A stretch of 64,000 nt of DNA, from contig CM060732.1 in assembly GCA_030704615.1 (NCBI GenBank), forward strand, positions 51,274,001 through 51,338,000, written 5' to 3'. Position numbers and translations under genes: made by a program. This DNA is from Takakia lepidozioides (lineage: Eukaryota > Plantae > Bryophyta). Of this stretch, positions 11,971 through 24,532 are shown piece by piece. Below the pieces are notes generated by a model. It searched no databases. It saw only the letters and a list, made by a program, of their open reading frames with translations, and had not been told where the DNA came from. Within the stretch, counting starts at the first letter, position 1, and every line of letters starts with the position of its first letter.

Positions 11971-14900
11971 AGTCAAATTCGCGCTATTGCGCAAGGTTCA
12001 ATAATTGCATAATCTTTAAAATTGAAAACAATGAGTTCATTGTCCTACTAATGAATGATTTCTTCGACCCCTTACAGTTTGGTATTAGCTACTGTTCGTT
12101 AGTGCTCCTGTAGGTGACGGCTTATACTGAATGAAACACGCGCGATCGCGCGCGCTCTTTTAGACTCCATTTTTTAATGCCTCAACTTCTCCAGGTGGGG
12201 CTTCAGATAACCCATCAAAAAATCCTCATTCTTTGACATCACATCTTCACTGTCTAAACCCTAAACAGTGGTCGACATAATCGATGAACAACCTAATCGA
12301 TGTTTACGACAAGTAATATTTCAAACTGCCCCGGACTTTTGGATTGATATTTGGATACTATTGTATACTATTGGGTCCACACGGAACACCTCCGTCCATC
12401 ATACATAAGAGTGATTATGCCACCACATACAGGAATTATCATACTCTGTGTGCATGGCAAGACATATAAAGTGTGTCGTGCACCTAAGCATCGTGCCACA
12501 ACATACATCGCTGTCAACCACACAATCTAAGCACACAATCCTAGAAAGTTATACCACAATTATAATGGAAGTGAACATAATGGAAACCCTCCACTCATGA
12601 ATCCACTCAATCACATAAACTAAGTCAAGCCAATGGCACCCTTGCTAAGGGAATCCACCCTACAAAGCCCTCACCACACTCCCTCTCAATACCTAGAGCT
12701 ATGGAGGTGAGAGAGGCTCATGGAGGCTCAACTACAAGAAGATGAACCTCCTCCATCCTCACAAGGGGAAAACCTATCCCCATGTCCCAAGTGAGGCTCG
12801 ACACCTCACTTGGCATGTGAGACCAAATGAAGTCCCAACACACAAAATATAAATATAAATATCTAAAATGTCCTAGTTAAGTAGAAGTAGGTAATTCTAA
12901 ATAACCATGACTAAAACCATGACAGCTGTCGTGCACCTAAGCGTCGTGCCACAACATACATCGCTGTCCACCACACAATCTAAGCACACAATCCTAGAAA
13001 GTTATATCACAATCGCCCCCCTAACTGGTGATTAGGTCCCTCTAACACCGGATAGCTGACAAGTATCCATCCCAATAAGATCATTGCTTGGTCATCAATC
13101 GCCCAAGTCCCAGTATCTGAAGGCAATAGATCAAGAGGCCGGGTGCAAGAAGATGAGCCTCCTCCATCCTCACAAGGGGAAAACCTATCCCCATGTCTCA
13201 AGTGAGGCTCGACACCTCACTTGGCATGTGAGACCAAATGAAGTCCCAACACACAAAATATAAATATAAATATCTAAAATGTCCTAGTTAACTAGAATTA
13301 GGTAATTCTAGATAACCATGACTAAAACCATGACAGCTGTCGTGCACCTGCCTCCAAACATGTCTAGCAAACAAATCCTTGAGTCAGGTGGTTGTCAGGT
13401 AATGGGCATTGTGTCCAAAGGAGCTAACTGAGGAGGTCTAGGTGATGTCACTGAACTCCCCTCACTCACCAATGGATAGGCCTCCTGCCATGCTTGGTGC
13501 ACACACTCGCCTGCTCCTCGATGCAAATTCCCAATTGTACCCCACAGTGGAATATAAACAGACACATGAGGAAGCAAATCAGCCTTATATGCCAATTGTT
13601 TGTCCTCATCAGGTGGTGGCCTATTATCTGCATGGCTATTTCCCTCCAAGAGCTCACCACCCCAAGCCACCACCCCTGACAATGCAGCCAATGTGGGCAT
13701 CATGTTCCTATGATCCACCGCTACATTCCCAATAAACCGCACCGGGAGCAGTGCACGTCGACCATCCCCTGATTGCCATTCCGGCCTGTAGGATGTCGTT
13801 TCCTCCCAAAAGTCCAAAGTAAAGCCCATGGGGTTCAACACAGTCCCACCAACAAGCACATCATATGACATCGCTTTCGTAACAATGGTTTTAGCTCTCA
13901 TGACTGAGCCGTCGGTAGGATGATCCGGCTGCAATCGGATGAAGAGCTCATGGCGTGTAATCTCTCGCGCCTTCTCTGAACCACCCAAAGATGTTTGAAT
14001 TTAGAAAGGGCAAGGCTCCAAATCTGCCTCTATAAGGCCCAAGCCTGCAATTGTTGCTTTCCCCAACATCAATGGCTATGCTCCCGAGTCCAACAAGACC
14101 CGCAGTGGCCTATACCTCCTCCCGGTTGGGCCACCCAATTGAAACACTCCATCCTGATTGTCCACCAGGACTACCCCATGAGTCACCATGCTGCGCTCAA
14201 TGGCTGGCCTAGCTGGCAACTCCTACAACCTTGCAGCTGCCGCTTGCCATGGCGCAGCTGTGGCTGACTTCACCCTCGAATCCAAAGCATCCATAGACTG
14301 CACCTTATCTGCTATCTCCGCAGATAGTGCCGATGCATCACCACTCTCACAAAGTCTAGCTGCTAGTCTGAACACAGCAGCTGGCCGAATCCCCGGCATT
14401 GCAATGGTCATTGATGGAACTTGGCAAACCGGTAGCCGCCCCCAACAATGTACTGGCTGCACCTTGTTTTACAGCACCACCCACTGGCATTTCCCAAGCC
14501 ACACCAACTCTACCCAATGGTATTCGTGGCTCTACCTCTGACACACTTGGGCTAGCGGGTGCCATTGATGGCGTAGGTGACAATGTCTCAGCCAATGTAA
14601 AGGACTGTGGAAGCCTTGTCTGATGACTTGCTTCCCCCCTTTGTGGATCAAAATCCACATCCGCTCCTCTTGGCTCAGGAGCACGCGTTGCTGCTCGAGT
14701 GAGAGCAGCAGCAGAGTCCAATACATGCGAAAGCCCTGCAAGTGCGGCTCCACACATGAAGCCCATACCAATCTAGTCTTCCCTAGGCATAGGAGGTTGT
14801 GCAGGTGGGGCTTGAACCTCAAGCCTTGGAGCTGGCGCAACATGAGTAGTAGCCATGGCAGCAAGACGTTGCTCTAGCTGGGCAAGTCTATCCACCATGC

Positions 14901-17670
14901 CTTGGTCATGACCTTGACCCTGACCCTGACCCTGTACTCCTTGGTTTTGGTTACGACCTCCACCCCGACCTCTGCCTCCTCTACCTCTCTGGACTACATT
15001 GCCTCGTCCTCGGCCACCATTGTTCCTTTGGAACTGGCCTGGCCGTAGCTCAGGATGCAAGCCATAACAATGGGCCTCCTCATGCCCATACTTTCCATAA
15101 TGCCCACACTGTAGTTGTGTAGGCTGTGCCTATGCCGACCCTTTGCCTCTCTCCGGGCAATCCTTCTTGACATGGGGTCCTCCACAATCCCAACAAGTCA
15201 CACCCGACTGTTGTTGGCCTGAGAATGAAGGAAGATACCTCTGCATCTGAGATCCTCTCTGTCCTTCCCTCGGCTTCACCTGAGCCTCCTTGTTGCCTTG
15301 AACACGTTGGGATAGTGGTTGTTGTTGGCTAGGAGCCCCACTTCATTGTGTCTCCTTGCCAAACCCCACCATGACCACTCGCTCCTCCACCATATTGAGC
15401 TCTATCCGCTCTGCCAGCAAAAACACAGTTGCTAAGGTGGGTTGGTCCACTTGTAGGAGAGTTGCATCCTGCACCCTTCTCCTCAACTCCTTGTCCAGGA
15501 TCCCATACCAGAACTGGAAGCCGCACTTGGAAAGCATGCTCCACACATGTGCCACTTGCTTGGTCAACCACTTGTTTCACCAAGAGCAATCCAAGAACTC
15601 ATAGACTAGCAAAAGCACTCCCTTCTAGCGCCTTAGCTTGCTTGTTTGTCAACCAAATGAAACCCCACTTGACTTCATTTCACCATGGATAAAACAACCA
15701 TTTCTTAGCTTCTCTTGAGCTACTCAATGCTCCTCAAGCTATCCTTGTTGTACTCCTTCTATGGTGTTTCTAACCCAAGCATGTGCCGCTCTTTGGCTTC
15801 TCTTTCACACCATGAATAACTAGAGCTTGCTCTTGAAACCCTAGTGTCTATCTTCTCCACACACAAGACGCTTCTCTTGTGATGCAAGAGCTATTTTCCA
15901 AGCTCTCAAACCCTTAGTGCATATACAAGCACTGTCCCTTGCAAGACCATGCAAGCTTTGTGATGTAAGAGCTCTCTCCTTAAGCGCTCCACCTCTATAG
16001 AGCAAGGTAATGTTTCTCAAACCCTAACAACCATGTTCTCCACGCCACAAGGATTTTCCTTTGCAACACCTGCAACACCTTGCAATACAAGAGCTCTCTA
16101 CCAAGCTCTCTCCAACATACAAGTGCTAAACTAACCCTTACACTCCGCACTCACAAGCATAAGGATATCTTCTTGTAGTGATAATGGAAGTGAACATAAT
16201 GGAAACCCTCCACTCATGAATCCACTCAATCACATAAACTAAGTCAAGCCAAGGGCACCCTTGCTAAGGGAATCCACCCTACAAAGCCCTCGCCACACTC
16301 ACTCTCAATACCTAGAGCTATGGAGGTGAGAGAGACTCATGGAGGCTCAACTACAAGAAGATGAACCTCCTCCATCCTCACAAGGGGAAAACCTTTCCCC
16401 ATGTCCCAAGTGAGGCTCGACACCTCACTTGGCATGTGAGACCAAATGAAGTCCCAACACACAAAATATAAATATAAATATCTAAAATGTCCTAGTTAAG
16501 TAGAAGTAGGTAATTCTAGATAACCATGACTAAAACCATGACAAGTGCGACGGAAGATTTTAGTTGACATTGTATAATGTGAACTAATGTCTTCCGAAAC
16601 ACTTTACAGTTTTGAGTATGCACTCAAACATATCCTCATATGTGTCTTTAATCATCTGGGTATCAATGGTGTTATTGTTAATTGCTAGAATACAAGTACC
16701 AACCAAATGAAGCACACGCGATCGCGCGTGCTTCTTCAAGGCATTCTTTCGCATCACATCTTCAATTTCTCATCCAATGCAGTAAACTACGGAGTCAAAT
16801 TCGTGCAATTGCGCAAGGTTCAATAATTGCATCATCTTTAAAATTGAAAACACTGAGTTTATTGTCTTACTAATCAATGAATTCTTCGGCCCATTACAGT
16901 TTGGTATTAGCTACTGTTCGTTAGTGCTCCTGTAGGTGACGACTTGTACTGAATGACCCACGCGCGATCGCACGCGCTCTTTTAGACCATTCTTCGACAT
17001 CATATCTTCACTGTCTAACCTGAAACAGTGGTCGACATAATCGATGAACAACCTAATCGATGTTGACGACAAGTAATATTTCAAACTGCCCTGGACTTTT
17101 GAATTGATATTTGGATACTATTTTATACTATAGTGTCCACACTGAACACCTCCGCCCATCATACATAAGAGTGACCATGCCACCAAATACAAGAATTATC
17201 ATATTCTGTGTGCATGGTAAGACTGATAAAGTGCGACGGAAGATTTTAGTTGACATTATATAATGTGAAATAATGTCTTCCGAAACACTTTACAGTTTTG
17301 AGTATGCATTCAGACATATCCTCATATGTGTCATCTAATCATCTGGGTATCCATGGTGTTGTTGTTGGTCGCTAGAATACAAGTATCAACCAAATGAAGC
17401 ACGCGCGAACGCGCGTGCTTCTTCAAGGCATTCTTTCGCATCACATCTTCAATTTCTCATCCAATGCAGTAAACTACGGAGTCAAATTTGCGCGATTGCG
17501 CAAGGTTCAATAATTGCATAATCCTTCAAATTAAAAACAGTGAGTTTATTGTCCTACTAATGAATGATTTCTTCGACCCCCTACAGTTTGGTATTAGCTA
17601 CTGTTCGTTAGTGCTCCTGTAAGTGACGATTTGTACTGAATGAAGCACGCGCGATCGCGCGTGTTTCTTC
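11971..17670. repeat. Tandem ~690-750-bp repeat (about 2.3 units), first unit interrupted by the 12474-16543 retroelement
   Basis: Units start with AGTCAAATT at 11971, 16793 and 17480. Unit 1 is 11971-12473 plus 16548-16792. Confidence 0.85.
12474..16543 (-). mobile_element. Internally deleted gypsy-like retroelement with split direct repeats, 4-bp TSD (AGTG), gag, protease and a probable DNMT N-terminus
   Basis: Repeat A (363 bp) at 16181-16543 and 12562-12924. Repeat B (87 bp) at 12927-13013 and 12474-12560. Zinc knuckles CWDCGGPHVKKDC and CGHYGKYGHEEAHC (~15200-15060). Protease LRVLLDSGA (~14090). PPT-like AGGGGGGCG at 13022-13014. AGTG at 12470-12473 and 16544-16547, and a single AGTG at the paralogous empty site (~17230). 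Confidence 0.85.
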
Positions 17671-18288
17671 AGACCATTCCCTTGCTGAAAGTGGTTATTG
17701 GCCTCGCTCCAAGTCCTAACTAAACCATGTTTCACAATACTATCACTAATATAAACACGGGCGATCGCGCGAGGTTTCTCTATGGAGTTCACGTGCGATC
17801 GTGCGTGAATGGACTGTGTCATCACTAAGAATCCATATTTTGAGAGGCACGTAATGCAGATCATGGAAATAATGTAGATAACCGAATCGAGCCAAAAACA
17901 CAGTTCGGTATCCAGAATTGTATATGGTAAAAAAACATCTGGACTATCGAGTTCTACTCTAGAGAGTCCCATAAGATACATTGATGGTTGTCCAACATGC
18001 CAGCAGAACGACATTCTAAGAGAAGAAGAGAAGATTTACTAGTCCACTGGAGGGCCCATGACCAAGATGCCAATGTTGTCTATGACATATCCTTGTGGAG
18101 CATAGGAGAATTTCACAAAAAACATAATTATGGAACACAATTATGGAGCACCATTATGGACGCATCATAATGGTTTGTCATGTGTGCACCATTATGGACA
18201 TAGCCAATGTCCCATCCACAAGCCAAGTTTTCTTTTATATACATGGCGGCGCTTGTCCGCGTCGCGCCACGTGGCAGAATGACGTCGC

Positions 18289-18290
<2 letters not shown>

Positions 18291-18326
<36 letters not shown>
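18291..18326. repeat. Poly(T) tract
   Basis: About 36 consecutive T. Confidence 0.9.
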
Positions 18327-18327
<1 letters not shown>

Positions 18328-18343
18328 GCGCCTGTACGCGGTG

Positions 18344-21300
18344 TGTCACGGACATAGCCCAGAAGAACTTACCAGGAGTAAATACCAGAAGTTACCATGT
18401 TACCGAAAGTTACCATGATCTACCATGATTTACTATTACTTATCAAATTATTGGGAGTTTACCAAATTATCAAGAGTAAATTGGGAAACTACTCAGGAAA
18501 CTTCCTTTGGAAATAACTTCTCCATCAAGATACCTCCTTTGTTTAAGGAAACTTCTCCAGCAAGAAACCTTCATAGGGGAAGCTTCTTGGGGAAGCTTCT
18601 TAGTAGCTAGTATATATAGGAGACGAGACTGGACACTCTTCAGTCTCGCCAACACAAGTTCAAGCTACTCTTTTTCGAAGTCGAGTACTTCAGTCCAGCT
18701 TCCAGTATCCAGTCCAGTATCTGGTATTCCAGTCCAGTTTTCAGCATTCCAGTATCCGAGTCGAGTTCCAGTATTTTGTACTCTTGTCCATTATTATAAA
18801 GATCATCTTGATTCATGTTCACCTACCATGCATTCGGCCACGCCGACCTTGACTTCTTATCTAGTCTTGTACCTCTAGTCTGATCTCTTGTTTGTGTTCT
18901 GTCATGTTCTCGTCCTTGACAGTTTGGCGAGACTAAAATTTGTTATTTAGTTAGTTAAGATGGAAGACACATTTGCGAAAATGGTCACCACATTGCAGAG
19001 TCTTCAGCTCCCAAGAACTTCGTACATCTACCGCCCAATTGCAAGCTAATCAGTCTCAAGATGTTGGCAACGCTCTCCACAATTTGCAACAACAAATTTC
19101 AGAATTAAAGGAGTCGAACAATGGATCTTCAACCATACAAGTCCCTACTGCAACAGCTCGTACTGCAACGGTTCCTCTTCAACAAATTACGAGAGAACCA
19201 AAGATCAACATGCCCGAGAAATTTGATGGGACGCGATCAAGATTTCGCGGTTTTGTTCAACAAGTACGACTGTTCCTATGATTACATCCACAACGCTACC
19301 CCGATGAAGGTATTCAAGTGGGATTCATGGGCACCCTTCTATCAGGCACTGCACTATCTTGGTTTGCACCGCTATTAGAAAAAAATTCGCATTTATTATA
19401 TAATTTTGAAACATTCATGTCCAAGTTCACTGCAACGTTTGGAGAAAATGATAGAGAGAGAGAGTTGCAGAAACAAAGATGCGAAATCTTCGACAATGAG
19501 CACGTCCTGCTTCCGTTTATGCTGCCGAATTTCGACAACTTGCGTGCGACCTCGATTGGAATGAGAAGAGCCTCATTAGTCAGTTTCGATGTGGACTAAA
19601 AGATGATGTAAAAGATTTGTTGTTGAAAATGCCAAACGTGAGCGCACTGAGTGAATTCATCACCCAAGTCATTGCATGCGGTAAACGTTTGTTCGAAAGA
19701 CGTCAAGAGAAGCAATCTAGATGGTCGACGACACATCATGTCACTGCTACTACGACACCAAATACAACGATCCATCAGACATCCAGTAGTGATCCTATGC
19801 AGATTGATGTTATCCGATTCAAACCATTGACGCCACAAGAAAAACAAAGACGACGCTCGAATGGATTATGCCTCTATTGCGGAGAAGAAGATCACATAGC
19901 ATTAAACTGCCCCAACAAGAGAAGATTCAAAGCTCGGGGCACAATTCAAGTGTTCGATACGAGGAGGTCGGAAAACGATGATGTCAAGTCACAGTAGGGA
20001 CCATGCGGTTGGACACCACAAATTCCTTACCGAAAAAATGTCTTTTTCTACCTCCAGAACCTGCACCTTGCTTCACAGTTCCGGTAAAAATCAGAGTGCA
20101 AAATCGAGATATCGTTGTAGAATCACTTTTGGACTCAGGAGCTTCAGGAAATGTGGACCATGAAACTCGACCACTTGAAGTGAAGCTTAAAGATCAAGCA
20201 TCACACATTGTTTTCAATGTCATCCAGTCTCCAACGAATCCTGTGATCCTTGGACTTCCCTGGTTCGTACTTCACAATCCCGACATCGACTGGCGATCGC
20301 GAAAAATTTCTGCAAGACAAATATGTAGAAATATCAAAGGTATTCAACCCCTATTCCTTGGAGCTAGAGCTTTCAAGAGAGCTACCAAAAAGGAGGCGAC
20401 ATTTGCACTTTATGTGACTCCGATCAAAGCCACAACAAACAAAGGTACTTCAACATTACTCGCTCAATATCAAGATTTCAAAGATGTCTTCGAGAAGAAA
20501 AATGCAGACATGTTGCCAAAACATCGACCTTATGACTGTGCAATTGAGTTACAAGAAAGAGCCCAACCACCATTCGGCCCAATCTATAACTTATCCCAGA
20601 CGGAGTTGTCTGCATTACGTGAATACATTGATGAAAATTTGTCGAAGCACTTCATCTGACATTCAAAATCACCCGTGGGGGCGCCTATCTTGTTTGTGAA
20701 AAAGAAGGACGGATCATTACGCATGTGTGTCGACTATCGCGGTCTCAACAAAATCACAATCAAGAATCGTTATCCGTTGCCGCTGATTTCTGGGCTTTTC
20801 GACCAGCTGGGACGAGCGAAGATTTTCACCAAAATCGACTTGAGATGAACTTATAACCTAATACGGATAAAAGAAAGAGACGAATGAAAAACAACTTTTC
20901 GAATAAGGTATGGACATTTTGAATACAGTGTTATGCCTTTCGGTCTTACCAATGCTCCAGCAAAATTTTTAGATGATTTTGTAGTCATCTATTTGGACGA
21001 CATTTTGATATTTTCACAGAATGAAGAAGACCATGGCCGCCATGTACGCCTTGTCTTTGATAAATTAAGAGAAAGAGGACTATATGTCAAGTTAGAAAAA
21101 TATCTTTTCCATCAATCTGAGGTCGAATTTATAGGCTACATTATTTCCGACAAAGGCGTCTTTATGGATCAGAAGAAAATACAAACCATCATCGAATGTA
21201 TTAAACCAACTTTGGTCCGAGATATACAATGTTTTCTGGGCTTTGCAAATTTCTATAGTATCTTCATCAATGACTACTCCAAAATTGCTGCACCGTTGAC

Positions 21301-24300
21301 ACGACTCATAGGGAAGGACAAATTTATATGGGACGAGAAGGCTGACCAGACATTTGAAAGGCTGAAGCAAGCATTTACAATGGCTCCAATACTGGTACAT
21401 GCAAACCCATCTAAACCATTCTTCTTAGAAGCAGATGCATCGGACTTTGCACTTGGCGCGACACTCTCGCAATACGGTACAGATGGTCGACTCCACCCTG
21501 TTGGTTTTCGTTCTCGCAAATTTTCTGCTGCGGAGATCAATTATGAAATCCATGACAAAGAACTTCTAGCGATTATCGATGCTTTTGAGGAGTGACGACA
21601 TCTATTAGAGGGAGCTAAACATCAGGTCACTGTCTGTACCGATCACAAAAACCTCGAATATTTTATGAGTGCTTGTGTTTTGAATCGACGTCAAACGAGA
21701 TGGAGTATGTCACTAGCAAGGTTTGATTTTGTTATTACCTACCGTCCCGGACATCTTCAAGGACAACCAGATGCTCTTTATCTTGCGCCTAAAGAAGGGG
21801 ATGCTGTTTTTGACCAACAAAAATCCATTATCTTGAAACCAGCAAATCTCCAATTGAATATGCTATCCATGTCCACCTATGACGATGCAGAGATCATAAA
21901 GGAGATTCAGGAAGCACTGAAGAACGACCATTTTGCTACGACACTACGAAGTCAACTAAATCAACCTCGAGACAACCCACATGTTACAAACGACTTCGAA
22001 TCCAAAGATGACTTACTTTACTTCAAGGGACTTCTCTATGTACCTCCAGGACCTACACGACTTCGAATTCTTCAAACATGTCATGATCTTCCGACTGCAT
22101 GACATTTCGGCTTCAACAAAACATTGGAGTTGATATCCAGGGACTATTGGTGGCCGCAGATGTGGAAACTCGTGAAAGAATTCATAAAATCTTGTGACAC
22201 GTGTGCTAGAGCGAAGGGACCACGACATCGATCTTACGGCCTTTTTCAACCATTACCCATTCCCGAGGGTCCATGGTCGTCCGTGTCTATGGACTTTATT
22301 ACGGACCTTCCAATTTCCAAGACCACCGATTCAATCCTTGATATTGTAGATCGTTTTAAGAAGATGACACATTTCATTCCATGTAATAAGACGGTTACCG
22401 GCGAGGAAACTGCAAGACTCTTCCTCAATAATATCTACCGCATTCATGGACTCCCGAAGGATATCGTATCGGATCGAATACCACAGTTCATATCAAATTT
22501 CTGGAGGGGATTATTTCACATATTGGATACTAAGATCAACCTCTCTACAGCTAATCATCCACAGACTGATGGTCAAACCAAACGTGTAAACCAAATTTTG
22601 GAGCAGTATCTTCGTTGTACGATAAATTATCACCAAGATAATTGGACGGACCTTCTGTCATTGGCTGAGTTTGCCTACAACAACACTATACATTCTTCGA
22701 CCAAACAAACTCCATTTTTCTCCAATTATGGTCATCATCCTCGAGCAAACTCTTTCCACATGAAGACTGTTGGAAGCCCTGCTGCAGAAAACTTTGCTAC
22801 TCATCTAGCTACGATTCACAAGGAGTTTACATCCCACCTCGCAGAAGCTAAAAAACAATACAAGGAGTATGCAGATCAACGTCGCCAACTCCAACCCCAG
22901 TTCAAGGTTGGAGATCGTTTGTGGCTTCTTCGACGAGACATACAAACCTCGCGACCATCAAGGAAGTTGGATTATCAACGCCTGGGATCATTCAAAATTA
23001 TTCGACAAATAAATCCGGTCAGTTTTCGGCTTGAACTCCCACGAAATATGCACATCCATCCAGTCTTTTATATTTCATTATTGGACTTGTATCATCCATC
23101 GAATATTCGAGGGAGAATCTCCGTACCACCTTCACCAGTCGAACTCAATCAAGAACTTGAGTGTGAAGTCGACGAAGTCCTAGACTCTCGCATCAAGTAT
23201 AAACGTCTTGAGTATTTCGTACATTGGAAAGGCTACGACATCAACGAACGAACGTGAGAACCTTCATCCAACCTCGCCAATGCATCTGATAAAGTCCAAG
23301 AGTTTCATCAATGATATCCAACTAAGTTCCGAGCTACACATCAATAAGACGTCACAACGATGATGTCAGCCAAGTTAGCTTCAAGGTGAATACTCCACAT
23401 TCAATGTACCTGATACACGCTAAGGAGGGAGGAGCACCACACATCAGTATATATAGCTACACTTCCAGCATTCTTGCATCTTGTATTGGCAGTATAGAGT
23501 CACAAGAACCAGATACATTGGAGTTGTCGTTTACCCAGCAATCAGATCAGCCATTCCGACTCTCACGACCTTCAACATCACGCCGACGCTCTCGAGACGA
23601 TGGGCCACCAATGCAACGCGTATTTCCTCATCTGAACCCCGTACGACGGCAAGTGGAGCCTATTCGAAGTCTGATAATTCTGTTGGAGGTTGAGGCTTCG
23701 GACCCAGAGGGCAACGAAATCATGTTTGAAGGCAGCTTAAAAAATCAGGATGCTTAAATTACTGCGTGGTCCCAAGTTCAAGGTGTTGGACACTATCGAT
23801 GGTTGCATGGACCTATAAATCATTTGAGTCAAGAACGAAGAGCCGAATACTTGACAAGTATCATTCGTCGGATTTTGGATTTTCTCCAACTCTAAGCAAG
23901 TCCAAGATTTTACCGCTCCTCGAGGAACTTGGCGCTAGAGGAGGGGGTGATGTCACGGACATAGCCCAGAAGAACTTACCAGGAGTAAATATCAGAAATT
24001 ACCAAGTTACCAAAAGTTACCATTACTTACCAAGTTACAAGGAGTTTATCAAATTACCAAGAGTAACTTGGGAAACTACTCATGAAGCTTCCTTTGGAGG
24101 AAACTTCTCCATCAAGATACCTCCTTTGTTTAAGGAAGCTTCTCCATCAAGAAACCTTTGTTTAATCTTGGAAACTTCTCCAGCAAGAAACCTCTATAGG
24201 GGAAGCTTCTTGGAGAAGCTTCTTGGTAGCCAATATATATAGGAGGCGAGACTGGATACTCTTCAGTCTCACCAACACAAGTTCAAGCTACTCTTGTTCT

Positions 24301-24532
24301 AAGTCCAGTACTCCAGTCCAGCTTCCAGTATCTGGTATTCCAGTCCAGTTTCCAGCATTCCAGTATCCGAGACGAGTTCCAGTATTTTGTACTCTTGTCC
24401 ATTGTTATAAATATCATCTTGATTCATGTTCACCTACCATGCATTCGGCCACGCCGACCTTAACTTCTTGTCTAGTCTTGTACCTCTAGTCCGATATCTT
24501 GTTTGTGTTCTGTCATGTTCTCGTCCTTGACA
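18344..24532 (+). mobile_element. Full-length decayed Ty3/gypsy chromovirus (Tcn1/Tf1-like)
   Basis: 5' LTR 18344-18921 and 3' LTR 23951-24532 (TGTCACGG...CCTTGACA). PPT AGAGAGGGGGTGA at 23938-23950. gag (PEKFDG, DPMQID, CLYCGEEDHIALNC), protease LLDSGA, RT YLDDILI, RNase H (EADASDFALG, YEIHDKELLAI), integrase (SMDFITDLP, VSDR, PQTDGQ), chromodomain (EVDEVLDSR...YFVHWKGY). Multiple stops and frameshifts. Confidence 0.95.

Noticed and set aside
23766-24489. ORFs of 158 aa and 88 aa (and 18425-18878 ORFs) as genes
   Set aside because: They run through LTR sequence built of short internal repeats and have no protein motifs.
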